Source: Curvularia clavata
Lineage: Eukaryota
Direction of reading: 5' to 3'
DNA: 64,000 nucleotides
NCBI GenBank assembly: GCA_023920165.1
Contig: CP089276.1
Coordinates: forward strand, 310,001-374,000
Every line of letters begins with the position of its first letter. The stretch's first letter is position 1. Shown here one piece after another: positions 1-12,135 of the stretch. The notes under the pieces are model-generated. The model was not told the DNA's origin, did no database searches, and saw only the letters and a program-made list of their open reading frames with translations. Made by a program: the position numbers and the translations under genes.

Positions 1-435
1 CCATCCACGGGCGCCCGAGGCCAACAAAGTGCCATCTGCCCATCCATTTGGGTGGACAGAGTGGACAAGAATAACGTCGCCTTGTTTGATGGCTACGGTA
101 ATGGAAGACTCATCTGCTGATGATGAGACAATCGAAGTGGGATTATAGTGATAAAAGGCGCGAAGGTAGTTGTGAAATACAGGTTGGGGTTCTGGTTGCT
201 GCTGTAGTTGTTGCTGTTGAGCCATGGCCTCGGTCGAAGTCCTGGGCGTCAGTGGGGGCGATATGTGCGTCTGGGAGCGACTCGAAAGGGTGCCCATCGA
301 GGACGATTGTCGAGTATGGCCACGGACAGCTGTGCGTGAGCGTGACCTTTTGGGCGACTTGTGGATGTTCAATGGTGCCACCAATGCACTGGATCGCCTA
401 TCCATTTCTTCTTGCTCGTGAATGGGGGCCGCCAT
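1..435 (-). CDS. 5' part of an SH3-domain Ras guanine-nucleotide exchange factor (Cdc25/Bud5-like); truncated by the window edge
   Basis: Manual translation from ATG at 435: MAAPIHEQEEMDRR...PVFHNYLRAFYHYNP...ITVAIKQGDVILVHSVHPNGWADGTLLASGARGW, open to base 1. The GDVILVH...GWADG...GARGW pattern is an SH3 domain of the type at the N-terminus of fungal RasGEFs. The GEF domains would lie outside the window. Confidence 0.8.
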   Translation of the reverse strand, partial: MAAPIHEQEEMDRRSSALVAPLNIHKSPKRSRSRTAVRGHTRQSSSMGTLSSRSQTHISPPLTPRTSTEAMAQQQQLQQQPEPQPVFHNYLRAFYHYNPTSIVSSSADESSITVAIKQGDVILVHSVHPNGWADGTLLASGARGW

Positions 436-2487
436 TTTGAAAGCTGTGGTGTGATGGTCCTAGGAAAAGTCGCTAACTAGGCGCTGTGCTTGCACACATG
501 TGTAGCTAGCATTTGGCAGACCAAGCTGGTAGAAGGGTGAAAAAATTAGTAACTAAGAGACGAGATAGGTGAAGAAGACGGTTGCTGGTGTTGGCTCGAT
601 GGAGCCGTGTCGCTGGGTTTGCGTGGAGTGGTGTCAATCTGGGGTTCTGTCAATATTGCATTGCTATGCTAGATAGAGCAATGGGGGGAGTGGGGGGAGG
701 ACGATGGTACGAGGAGAGCCGAAGCAGACGAATGGAAGGGAAGACGGGGGGCAAAGGGTAGGTGACGTACCCGACGTGACAGCAACTAGGGCGCTGTATG
801 CAATGTGGATGCGCGCAGACAATGCAGAGCGTGGGGAGAGAGGATGGCGTGAATGGAGCTGCGGTGGACGTGTTTCTTGTGGAACGGGAAAGCTGGATTG
901 GGTGGGCGGGTGGAAAGCTGGGACGGGGGGCGTTTCTGGTACACAAAAGATGGGACAAGCCGACTGAGCGTGGGCAGAGCAGAGTGTAGAAGCTCAGACA
1001 CAGTCTGTCTCTCGTCGAGGTAGGCAGGCGTTTGAGAGGGGCGGACGTGGAGGGAGGGGTGGTGGCTGCCAGTGCGTGAATGGAGAGGGTGTAGGACTAT
1101 CTTGTAATGGCGATCGTAGCGCGGTGCTGGGAAGAAGAAGCAAAGGAAGGATTGCAAGGATAGGGCCTTGTCTGGTGCAGGGGGCGGCGGCTCCTTCCAA
1201 CGGTTCGTTTGTGAGGCAAGTGCAGTCCAAGCAAGGGAAGGAGCGACTAGAAAAGCAAACGGGCTGCGGGCAGGCGCAGGCGGGCAGGTAGTGAATGGAA
1301 GGCGCAGGAGAGGCAGTCACGGGATGTCGAGAGCGACGGCGACGGCGAGGGGCAGGCGCGGAGGAGGGCGACTCGAGCAACTGTCGACGACACAGCGGCC
1401 GGGCTTGTTATTATCACATCACGATGGAGCATCCTTCGGTCAGCGTGTGGACAAAAGATTCATGAATTAGAACAGGGGTGGTCTGTCAGTGAGTGCAGGG
1501 GTATCGAGCCAGGGTCGCGCAAGCGTTGGCGGGCGACGGCCGTGTCTCCCCAGGCCCGACCACTGCGCGGCCTCGTGCTAGCACTGCACGGTCGCGCCGC
1601 CGCCAATTAGCACGAGGGAGCAGCCAGTAGGCCCTCCCCGGCATTTCTCCCTCGCCCTGTTCTAGTAATGCCATGGCAAGCCCACCGACGTTGAACAAGC
1701 ATCCATTCACCCAGCCGACCCCCCCGCCGTCGCCCAGGGTAGCCTCGCATGCAACCATACGCCCACTACCACGACCACTGCCGTCGCCCACCATCACCAC
1801 CACCACCACATGCTATCCCCCTTCCCCCCTCCCCTTCGCCCAAGCCACCGCCGCCGCCGCCGCCAACAGCGATAGATAGCACCCACAGTGACATGCCAGG
1901 CACCGCCGGCTATAGCCCTCGCCGCCCAATATCCACCGCTGCCGCCCACTAGCATGCTTGGTGGCCGTCGATTGCTCCAAATCTCCGCCATCAACCAACG
2001 GTACCTGATTGCGCGAATGACGCCCGCCCTTTGCCCGACACGGCGGTGCTGGTGCCGGACCTCTGCTGTGACGTCCCACGCCCAGCCCACGACGTGCAGA
2101 GCACAATCGGGTGCGGTGCAGTGGCGTGCATCAAGACCCGCTTAGCGCAGGGCACATGTGCACGCCTGCAGCAATGAGCCTTGTCCCACGACCCACTGCC
2201 AATCGACTCCCCAGTCGCAGACTCGAGGCCTGGACAGCCGCACCAACCACTTGCTGGCTGCAGCGGCTCTCTATACCACAGAGGGCCTACTCCGGCGGCT
2301 CAAGCTCCCCGGTTGCCACGGCCGTTGCTCCCACGCTGCTTAACCACTTTGGTCCTCGATATTAATCTCTACCACATGGCTATATGGCTGCAGCGCTGCA
2401 AGCCTCTGCTTTATCCTCGATTCCCCGAGCGGCCCGATGGCAAGCGAGCACAACAGCTGTCGGCATGGCGCTCTGGGCGCGTGCTTT

Positions 2488-2600
2488 TGCTGCTGCTGCT
2501 GCTGCTACTCGTCGTCGTCGTGCTACTACTACCAATACAACTACTCTCCCTACTTCTACCATCGCAACTATTGCTGCTGTGTTACATTACTACTGCTGCC
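2488..2600. repeat. Compound trinucleotide microsatellite (GCT)n/(CGT)n/(ACT)n
   Basis: Directly visible runs gctgctgctgctgctgct, cgtcgtcgtcgt and ctactact. Confidence 0.8.
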
Positions 2601-5600
2601 GATGCTGCGTCATGCCGTATGCAAAGCAGCCCGCCATACGACAATGCCCTTGCCTTGGTGCGGTGCTAACCGGCTGTCTCGATATGGCACTTGGTCGCTC
2701 CAGATTCCGGTACCCGTGCCACCTAGCCACTGACCCACGTTGCTACCCCCACTAGCCTCAATGCGTCCTGTATTGTCATGACGCTGAGCATTCTGGAGTC
2801 TAAGACGGTGACTTGATATGTACTATCCCCTTGCCAATCATACCATGTATCCAAGCAACACTGTCACACAACATCTGTCATCAGCTTCCTAAATCCTTTT
2901 CAGTGTGACGGCCCTTACAACTAGGTTTAGGCAAAAATGTGTTGAGGTGGATCTCGAGGCCTCTGAAACCCATGGTATTCTCGGAAATGGCACATGTCAT
3001 TGCCTATGACAGATCAAACAACAAGAATTCCCGGTATACCAATCTGTCCAACCGTAAACGGCGGTGAGGAGCAACATAAGTCCGCGGCATCTACTCCTAC
3101 GCTCAACCTCAAGTCCCCCAGAAAACCGGGCGTGTGAGGTTTGACTTGAACCCAGACTGCGGCACCGCCCATGTAGCTGAAAAGACGCCTCTCTGCTCGT
3201 CTCCGTGGAGTCGTGACGCCGCCACACGCGTTGTGCCAATCGTCGATTAAAACTCTACATTGACGGAGTCTCTTCCGTTCACACATGGCTGAAGACGTAC
3301 CTGCTCTGTCTTTGTACTCACTTCTCAACGAAAGTATTTTGATGTGCATTATCTCTTCCCGAAACAGCCTCCACACGGGCCGTGAGATTCCTACCCGCAA
3401 TGCGAGTTGCTTTTGGGAGCTGCAAACTCGATCAACATTGCATGCTAGCTCATGCAGGTACTGCCACGCATCAGCCGCACTCTATTCGTCGCTATCGTAC
3501 CCAGTATTGCACATTCAATAGCTATTACGCGAAACCCACTTGAACAATAGCACCTTCTGTTTACATCGCGCCTCGTAAACTACTCGCTCAACCGCCGCCT
3601 GGTTATCGAATTTGGCAGCCAAGACAAAACCCACCGCCATAGCTTCGGATCGACATACTCGCAACGAATCCTTTTACTCAGTCTGCCTCTGGCCGCGTTA
3701 TTGGCCCTCGGCTTGCAATGCTTCCGTATACGATAGCCCGGCTATGTCATACGGTTATTGCAACTTGTCCATGTTGACACCAGACGACGATCACAAAGCG
3801 CGTCAAGCCTACCGGTTGTACATAGCGTCAAGTCTATTTCAAATGCATGCTGGAGATCTCGGCACCTCGCACAGCTCGGTTGACAATTGGGAACCCAAAC
3901 CTCATCTCCGTGGGGCACCAAAGAGGACCAACTCCAATATAGCCAGAGATCGTCGTTGCCCTGCGCTTATCTCCTCTCCGGTATGAGACGTAATAGAGGC
4001 TAGCACCGCCCCTTTCTCTTAGTAACCAACCTTGATCGACATGTTGTTTCTATGTCATAGTCTAACCTAAAATTGGCGCCAAAGTCCCTCTTGTCGTTCG
4101 AATAGCTGAAACGGCACTCCGTTCTCGCAAAACTCTATCAACGAACGAGCGCACCGGCCCTTCCACCTCCTGTCCACATCGAGAACCCGTTGACAACTGG
4201 CCACTCAGACACTGCCTTGGCCGAGGCTAGAGACCTGTAGTGCGGCTGCTCTGAAAGCTACCACGCGCGGGAACGTGTTAGCTGCCGGCACTCAAATCGC
4301 CGACTTCATTGCCGTAGACTGCACAAGTCGTGCCATCGTCGCCCTAAACCCACCAACGCTATTATTTTTCACTTAACTTTAAGCCGTCTTTCGCTGCCTA
4401 GGTTCAACAGTTTTCTGGGTAACCGATTGCACCATAAATAAGCATGTCCCTTTGCTATATTTTGTCTGCTATGGTAATTCGATGCTTTCGTGCATTCATC
4501 CCAAGCCTTGCGTGCAAAGCCGCCAACGACCCGAGGACGCGGTACGGATTGTGGGTCTTCCAATGAACGGACTAAACTCCGATGTAATATTACCGAGGCT
4601 TGGGCACTGGCATCCCCCTGCACACGGCAACTGGACGTCATGTGAACAATTGTGAATGCGTGACTGGCGACGCAGGAAAAGGCGGGGCGGGGCGGCACAC
4701 TCAGGAATTTTTCGTGGTTGCTGGCTCATGGTGTCACTGCATATGCTGTTTCCCGTCTCTTATGCATGGAGCTGCGAGACGAGCCGTTCGCAACCAAAAT
4801 TACGCGGAGTTCCAGAAGTCATCAAGCACCATGCCGTGGGGAGTGTGTATTTGTGCAACATACTTTGTTAAAGCCTGTTTCAACCCAGAGTTAACATGAA
4901 TAATATAGATCCAAGCAACAACGAACGGGCCTCATCTACGGCAACAAGTTTGGGCTTTGCGAGAGACAAATTCCGGTTCTCGCTGGGAGAAGTGCCACTT
5001 GGGAGCCAAGGGGCTATTTTCCCAACGCTTGACTTGCTCCAGTCACTCCTAGCCCAAGGGTCCAGGCCGGATCCGCTTCGAGTGATCGGTCTAACCCACT
5101 GTAAAACCCCTACCCACATCAGTTTACAATTCGACCTCTTTTCGTATCACTTGGCTTCTTGCATGCATCTTATTACGCCGCCCGACTTCCGCGTGCCGCC
5201 TTTCCTTCCTACTTTTAACGATGGCGCTAGAGGCGATCCAGAAGCGCGCATAGTAAGCGAAGATCGGCCCTGATGAGCATGTTGATCTTCGCTTCACCTG
5301 TCTGAAGCGTATCTTACCTCTGCCCGCTTGAAGACAGTGGTGTATTTAGAGGGGTTGGCATCTCACCAGTCTTCTATGGCGAGAATTAGCATATCGCATC
5401 TTACGTGTGAGCAAGAGAAAAAACCGGGCCGCCGCTGAATGAGGCCTGAACATCGCCGAGTGGCGTATCCCTTCAATGTTGAGGGCGCAATGTATCCGAA
5501 AACGTGGTTCTCTCGCAGGATGGTAAAACTGCTACCACAATGTGCCTTTGCTGCGGCGCAGCCAACAAGGCTTGCTCCTTCCATTACGCGTCGAACCATC

Positions 5601-8415
5601 CGTAAAACAGAACTAGAATTACGTATCCACAATCATCTCCGTGGTCAACTCAGCACAAGGGATGTGTCACAGTGGCTGAAAACTTCACCAGCCAAACGAA
5701 CAGGCAGTGATACGAACGCTTGAGCGCCATCGTCTACAACGCACCTGCATCTGCATGCCTGCAGACGATCGTAAGGGTCATCCGCAACTACCATTTCCTT
5801 TTGTCAACCCTCACCAAGTGTAATCGTCGATTTTCCTCTGCAACGCGGGATGCCTTTTTGGCCCCACCAATAAACAAGATGTCACCACGGTGTTGTCCTA
5901 ATCTTCGATTGTATACAAGATCTGACAAGACAACAATCGGTCCTGATTGCTTGTCGTATACAAAAATAGCAATCAAGTGTCGTATTCAAGGCTCGACTTT
6001 TCCCCGCTTCTCATCTCAACCAACTACCAGGTCCACGTCTCACCATTCCCGATTCAGCCCGCAATAAGGAACGCCATCCGTCTCACCCCCATTCGCGGAA
6101 AAACATTGTTACCGGCACCATCTCTGTATATGACAAAGTAACTTCAGATCTCGGATCCTACCCACAGGTTCGAGCGCGGCTTATGAAGCTGGTATCAGAT
6201 CTTGCTGAATGCGTATGAGATCCGTCTCACGTACTTCCTTTTCCTGCACCAAACCTGCTCAAAGTGGTAAGCTGGCTCGAGGACGTCGATGGCTGTTATT
6301 ACCACCCTGGTAGATTATTGCAGATGGGAGAGTGAAAGGGCATGGGATGGGCAGACTAAGTCTGATCTGCAGTGCTTTTGATGTTGAAGCATTTCCTTTG
6401 CTTAAGCGCCAGGGCGGAGAAAGAAACAAGAACTAGCTTTGCCGCTGCCTTACATTGGCAAATGGTCGTGACAAAAGTAAATTATGATTTGCTCGGCAAA
6501 CGGTCAAAAAGTTGCTTTGTTTTGAAGGTAGGTGCATGTACATCTCTTTTCTTTCGGAGCTTGGCCATGCGAAGTGACCTGCTTTTGGAAAGAAGCAATG
6601 GCGGAAACCGGGCCGGCAAACGAGAACCACTGTACAGGTACGTTCGACTCTTCTTGCTTCCTGAGCGGTGAGGTTTGTTTTCTCCAGGTTATCCCATTCT
6701 TCTCCTAACGCGATGTAACTACGATGATCCCATCGGTCAAGATTCAGAAACAGTGCAAAAGCAACCCTCGGTGTACCGGCCCCACCATGGCATTCTACTT
6801 GTATGTGTCGGAACATAGGCTTCTCGTATCAGCACATTGACTCGGTTGCAAAAATCGGCATGCATGTAATATACAAGTATTGCATGAGTTCCGCGTTGCA
6901 ATGGTCGTCTATAGATTTGAGATGAACCGCGGATTAGCAGGAAACCATGACAATTGTCTGCGCGGCAGTTGTCCTCACACGTAGACTACAGTACTCGTGT
7001 AGAATATACCAGGACCTCCCTTGTCTCCTCCAGTAGAAACTGTAACGGCTGTATCACTAGTGGTAAGCGGCTAGTACTTGCCGAAACAGTTGTTGTAGAA
7101 GCCATGCCACACTACGTACGAATCGGTTTCCATGACAAAAAAACACATTGACAACCTACAATTTGCAACATCGTACAGGGCAAACCCCGGGGTCACTTTT
7201 TGCACCACGTATACAACAATTTCAATCACTCTCTTCCTAGGATATCCCAGCCGCGGGACCTGGCCTTGACTCGAGACACTCGGCTTTGCTCCAAGAACGC
7301 CTTACATGCCCAGACCGCGCTTATCAGCATCCACAACCAAGACAGCATTCACTTTCTTTTCTGTACCCCGCACAGCTGTTTAGTTCCTTGACTCTTAGGC
7401 AGCACATGGCTACTTTCTCTTGTTACACTCACCCTAATAACGCCTGTTGCTTAGTGTGGGTAATCCCACCCTTTGACGTACCACGACTCACCACCCTGGC
7501 TACCGCGGATCCTACGACTCAGCTTCTCTTATCCTATGCAGAAGAATCGCACGTGATAGGCAAAGAAGGTTCGACATTCCCGTCTGCTGAATCATTTGCA
7601 TACATGACCCAATAAAACCCTCTCGATCCTCATGCTCAGTCTTTTTTTTTCTTTTTTTTCAACACCTTGTAAATTGCTCTGCGATGCGACAGAGAGAGAG
7701 TTTGATGCAATTACGCGAGAGCAAATTGAGACAAAAGCGGCCTTGCTGATAGGCAAAGGCTATCCTCAACCCGCATCATCACGTGAACATCTTATCAACA
7801 ATCCTTGGGCTTTGCGGAGCGGTTTTCGTATTCGACTGTCACACCACAGATATGACGCCCCAAACGTTGTACTCGTCCGACAGCAGAAGGCTGGAACAGT
7901 GGGAACAAAATTATGCGCATCGCGCCGGGCAAACCCCCATTGCGTGCAGAAAGAGCAACTTTTCATGCAAGGTCCACAGTGAACATGAGAAATTAGCATC
8001 TTATTCTAGTTCTGATCATCCAAATCAGCCCATTTGCCTTGGTTTGTGGGCTTTTTACACGCGTCAGGCGGTGATCATTGGCGAAATTGATGGTCTGTAC
8101 AACATTCTCAAGAGTTTACTGTATGTCCATACGCACATACATATGCTACATACACATGTAACCAACCAGTCATCACCCACTCGAACAAGAACCATGCTTG
8201 CCCATCGCACGCTTTTCTAACTTGCGCGTTGCGCCCAGCCATGGCGTGTATCGACAAGATAAGTCATCTGTCATGTTGATTCCCCATAGCGATGACGAGT
8301 GCTGTTTGAGAGTAATTGCACGGGTTGAGATATTACTGTGGCGCCGTGGAGGAGTGGTAGGGAACATGTGCGCATGCTTCCCTTGATACACGTCTACCAC
8401 ATACATACGCTACGT

Positions 8416-9093
8416 CTACTTCCACGTCGTTATTGTACCACGCATGAGTCCACCCATATCCATGTCCCATGTTCCACGCTGTGTTCTCTCCCGCCTCACT
8501 CCCCTCCCCCAGCATCTGCGGCAAAAAACACCGAAATACGCCCGGGAATAGCGTTCGCTGACCCATCTGTTCTCCCACTCGCAGTCCCTGGCTCCTCTTC
8601 GGTATTCTTCCTCTTTCCGTTCCTCGTCCGTGTCTTGTCTCCAGACTATGATCGACACACCATGTTAAGAGAGGGAATCCTTTGCCTCACTTCACTCTTT
8701 CTCACAAGCATTAGGGCCAGGGATGTACCCTGGCCCCCTCTCCGTCGCGTAGCACAGCCGAGCCGAGCATGGAGTACAGAACTGCCTATGTGTGGAAAGA
8801 GTCAAAGAACCGAGGACATGGATAGGTACAGTAAATTCGCATCTGAGGTCTTACGGTATAGTATACTATGTAGTATTCTATGTCTGGAAAGTAAGCTCAC
8901 CACTACCTTGTTTCAGATTGAAAACGTTCGGTAAGGTTTTTCGGGAGGATGATGGCTCGTATTGTGGTTTTGTGGAGATGAGGTGGCGGCTGGAATTGTA
9001 CTCGTTTGCGTGGTAAGAAGAGAGACGGAACTCTCGGATAGTATCATCTAAGTATGTGGGGGCAGAGCAAGATGCTTGTGGTTGCTAGAGCAT
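8416..9093 (-). pseudogene. Possible decayed orphan gene (one long frame, putative 51-nt intron 8850-8900, three in-frame stops)
   Basis: Reads ML*QPQASC...KQGS|DLRCEF...FCTPC...CEKE*SEAKDSLS*HGVS...FCRRCWG...WK*. GTGAGC donor at 8900; weak acceptor and branch point; no recognisable family. Confidence 0.3.
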
Positions 9094-11099
9094 TACGAGG
9101 TCAAATTGGAAAAATCGAGTAAAAACTTCGGTAGTTGTAAAGAGAGGATTTTTTTGGAGGAGCACTGACGATGCACCATCTTCTCACTGCGCTTTCCCTT
9201 TCTGCTCATCTCACCTGATGACCTATTTACCCTGTCATCATACTCACATCGCAGCATAACCACCGGTGGGTACATCAAAAAATCTTTCACAAGAGACAAA
9301 GCCACCGTGTTGCCTGTTCCCTCTCTTGGGCCGGAATACGACAAATGCCGTTAAATTTATCGGTGTCTAGAGAGCGCGGTGGAATCTGCTGACACATACA
9401 TACACTTGTCTCATGATCATACCCTCTTTTCCTCGTAACATGTGATTAAATTCTTGCGTAGCGTAATGGGCAAAATGGGCAGTAACAGCTTATACACACA
9501 ACATATGTAAAGTTCCATAAAGCTAGTTATCATGTAAACTGTGCGTCTTCGGTGGTGTTACTTACCTTGTAAATGGCTAGTCCCATACACTTCGTATTCA
9601 ACGGGTTTCCGGAGTCCATACTAGGAATGAACCGTTTGTTCTGACGATTATCTTTTCCGTGAATCTTTCCTCGTGCATGGATCTACATGGCATTGCCCGC
9701 GCAAACACCTATGATACAAGCGAGTATGATATGAACTTTATCATATACAGGTGTAACCATGTAACGATTATATGTACCAGCCAGAGCCATAGACTTATGT
9801 ACTCACATATATCCTCCTCGCAGTCAAAACCTTGCTTTACAAAAAACCACACCACACGATCAACGGAGAAAATACCCAACCAGGAAAGAATACTATGGTA
9901 TTACACTAAAACATTAATCTGGAACACGGCAACGATAGACTTCTGACGTGATCATATTTGGGTCCGCTGTAGGTATGTACACAATAGTGCTTACTCCTAT
10001 CAAAGGACACACGGGCTGGTCATCCCCTATCATATGATGACGTGACACTACCCGGTGGGACGAACGGATGGATGATCGCGGCAGACCCGAATATCTTATC
10101 CCGGCTTACTCAAACTCTCAAGCATACAAAGTGGGGCAGGCGACGACATGGGCGCTCCCAGGATGGGCCTTTTTCGGTCATCACGCAACCGTCCGTTCGG
10201 CGGGACATGGTGAGGCCCGCTTAGTGGCCGGACATTTTTGCCTTGAACGGCCGACTCGGCGGTATTTAACTCCATGAGTCGCATGATGCTCAGCTTTGGT
10301 CCGTTCCTTGAGCATCAGGGTTCTGGATGTGTGTAGGGATGCTAGGTTGGATCAGGGAAAATGCGTGGTGCATAGCATGTGGACAGTGCGCTGCGCTTCT
10401 TTTTGCCTGACAGCCGTTTGATCTAGCCTGATCGAACAGGCATCCTGCGGGACAGTGTGTGCATGTGTTTGGTACGGGATATTGACGCGCTTTCGCCAGA
10501 CGGCTTCTGTTCGAGGATGTAATGATCATACATTTTTCTCTCTCGCAAAGTATTTGGGGTTTACTTGTTGCTGTGGATGCATGATGTATCGCTGATAGCT
10601 ATGGTTTCAATTTCGTATGGTAATCCACTTTCGCGACCACAGCGCTTCGGCTTACATTAAGACCAAGACTAAGGTATGCTCCATAAAGGAGACTGCTTCG
10701 GCATTCAACCGTTGTACGCAGAACGTTTGGTGTAGCTCCTTTCGGTGTTCAGGCCGATATCCAGTGGTATAGCATCAACGGCTATGGGCTAACGGTCTGA
10801 ATCCGGTAATTGGATGGAAGTTACAGCACTCCCAAGGATATCCTTTGTTGTTGTTGCTCAAACTTTGCTGTCTTCTTCAGCCATCCACCGTGCATCTCGC
10901 ATGAACCTACTGTAGAGGGTTCCCGAGGTGGTTGACTCGACACTATTGAAAGTTTAACACCGGATATCACGGATGGAATCGATGAAGAGGTTCGACCTCG
11001 GTAGTGCGTGGCAAGGCCTACAGGCGCCTGTGTAGACCGCGGCTTGACATGGCGTTGGCTCGATCCATGATTTCTCACCAGATGTCTATTAACTGATGC

Positions 11100-11957
11100 T
11101 CATTGCATGTCCATTTCATCATCATCGTAGTCGGCTGTGCCGGAGTATCCATTCTCCATCTCTTCTCGGTCTCGGTCTTTGCGCTGTTGTTCGCGTGAAG
11201 CTGCGATTTTTCTGCCTAAGATTAGCAAAATAGCACCATCAAGAGACGGCACTGTACAAACCTTAGTCCGTCTATCACACCAGTAATGAATGATCTGCCC
11301 TCTCCTATCTCCATGCCCCCAACACCGTTCATCTTGAAGCCACCCCCAGCATCTAGCACGTCCACGCCACTTCTCAGCTTTGCCATGCGCACTTCCCTGA
11401 GCCCTCGCAACAGCTTTCTTACACTGTCTGGGTCCTCAAAGTCGTCCGAGGCTGTCTCAAGTAGCATCTCGCCCAACTCAAGCCAATGATAGGGCAAAGC
11501 GTCTGGTGCCCCGTCCGCGGTCGAGTCGGGTAAGAAGGGAGGAGAGATTGGGAGTGTATTATTTGAGGGTTGTGGAGGTAGTCTCGGAGGCGGAGAGAAG
11601 GTCTCGGCATGTTCAATTTCATGGTCGAGGATCGCAGTGAGAGAGTGAGTATTCAGCCATTGTGGAGGGAGGATATTCGCGCGTCGCTGTCGCTTGAGCA
11701 GGAGGGCGAGCCAGAGGGGCACATTGGTTCTGTGGGGTGGATTGAGAGGTCTTATAGGTCCCTACGCATTTATCAGTATTGTGCAACTACATGAGACGGC
11801 ATGCGCGAGGGTTTGTAGCGGGGTGTTGGAGGGGCATACGCACCCCGAGAAGCTCGAGGCCCTCTAGTTTTTGGCGAGGTATAATGGTGATGAGTTCCAT
11901 TTCGCACAAGAAGGCAATTTCTGGGGGCGTCAGCCCTGGCGGTAGAGGCAGCGCCAT
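11100..11957 (-). CDS. PSF2: GINS complex subunit Psf2 (introns ~11762-11843 and ~11212-11261)
   Basis: [29 protein letters not shown], then [35 protein letters not shown] and [10 protein letters not shown], all typical of Psf2. GT-AG introns join the frames; stop TGA at 11100-11102. Confidence 0.95.
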
Positions 11958-11963
11958 GTTGCG

Positions 11964-11969
11964 ACGCGT
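11964..11969. promoter_or_regulatory. MCB box (ACGCGT) just upstream of PSF2
   Basis: Perfect ACGCGT 7 nt upstream of the PSF2 ATG. MBF control of replication genes is established in fungi, but a site this close to the ATG may lie in the 5' UTR. Confidence 0.45.
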
Positions 11970-12135
11970 TTCCTTGTGCCTTGAATTTGTTGCCAAAACC
12001 GAGTGAAGACGCGCCGCGGGAAGTCGCCGTCTTGGGACTAGCTCCTTCAGGAACATGTGCGTAGCGTTGATCCCACCAACTTTCTCCCTTTTCTATGACT
12101 TTTGTTTTTTATTTTTCTGGGTAGAAAGGCAGTCA

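Noticed and set aside
5255..5294. 14-bp hairpin with CTGATGAG in the loop, resembling a hammerhead ribozyme core or snoRNA C box
   Set aside because: No stem II/GAAA/stem III arrangement follows, and I could not identify a convincing C/D box pair with an rRNA guide.
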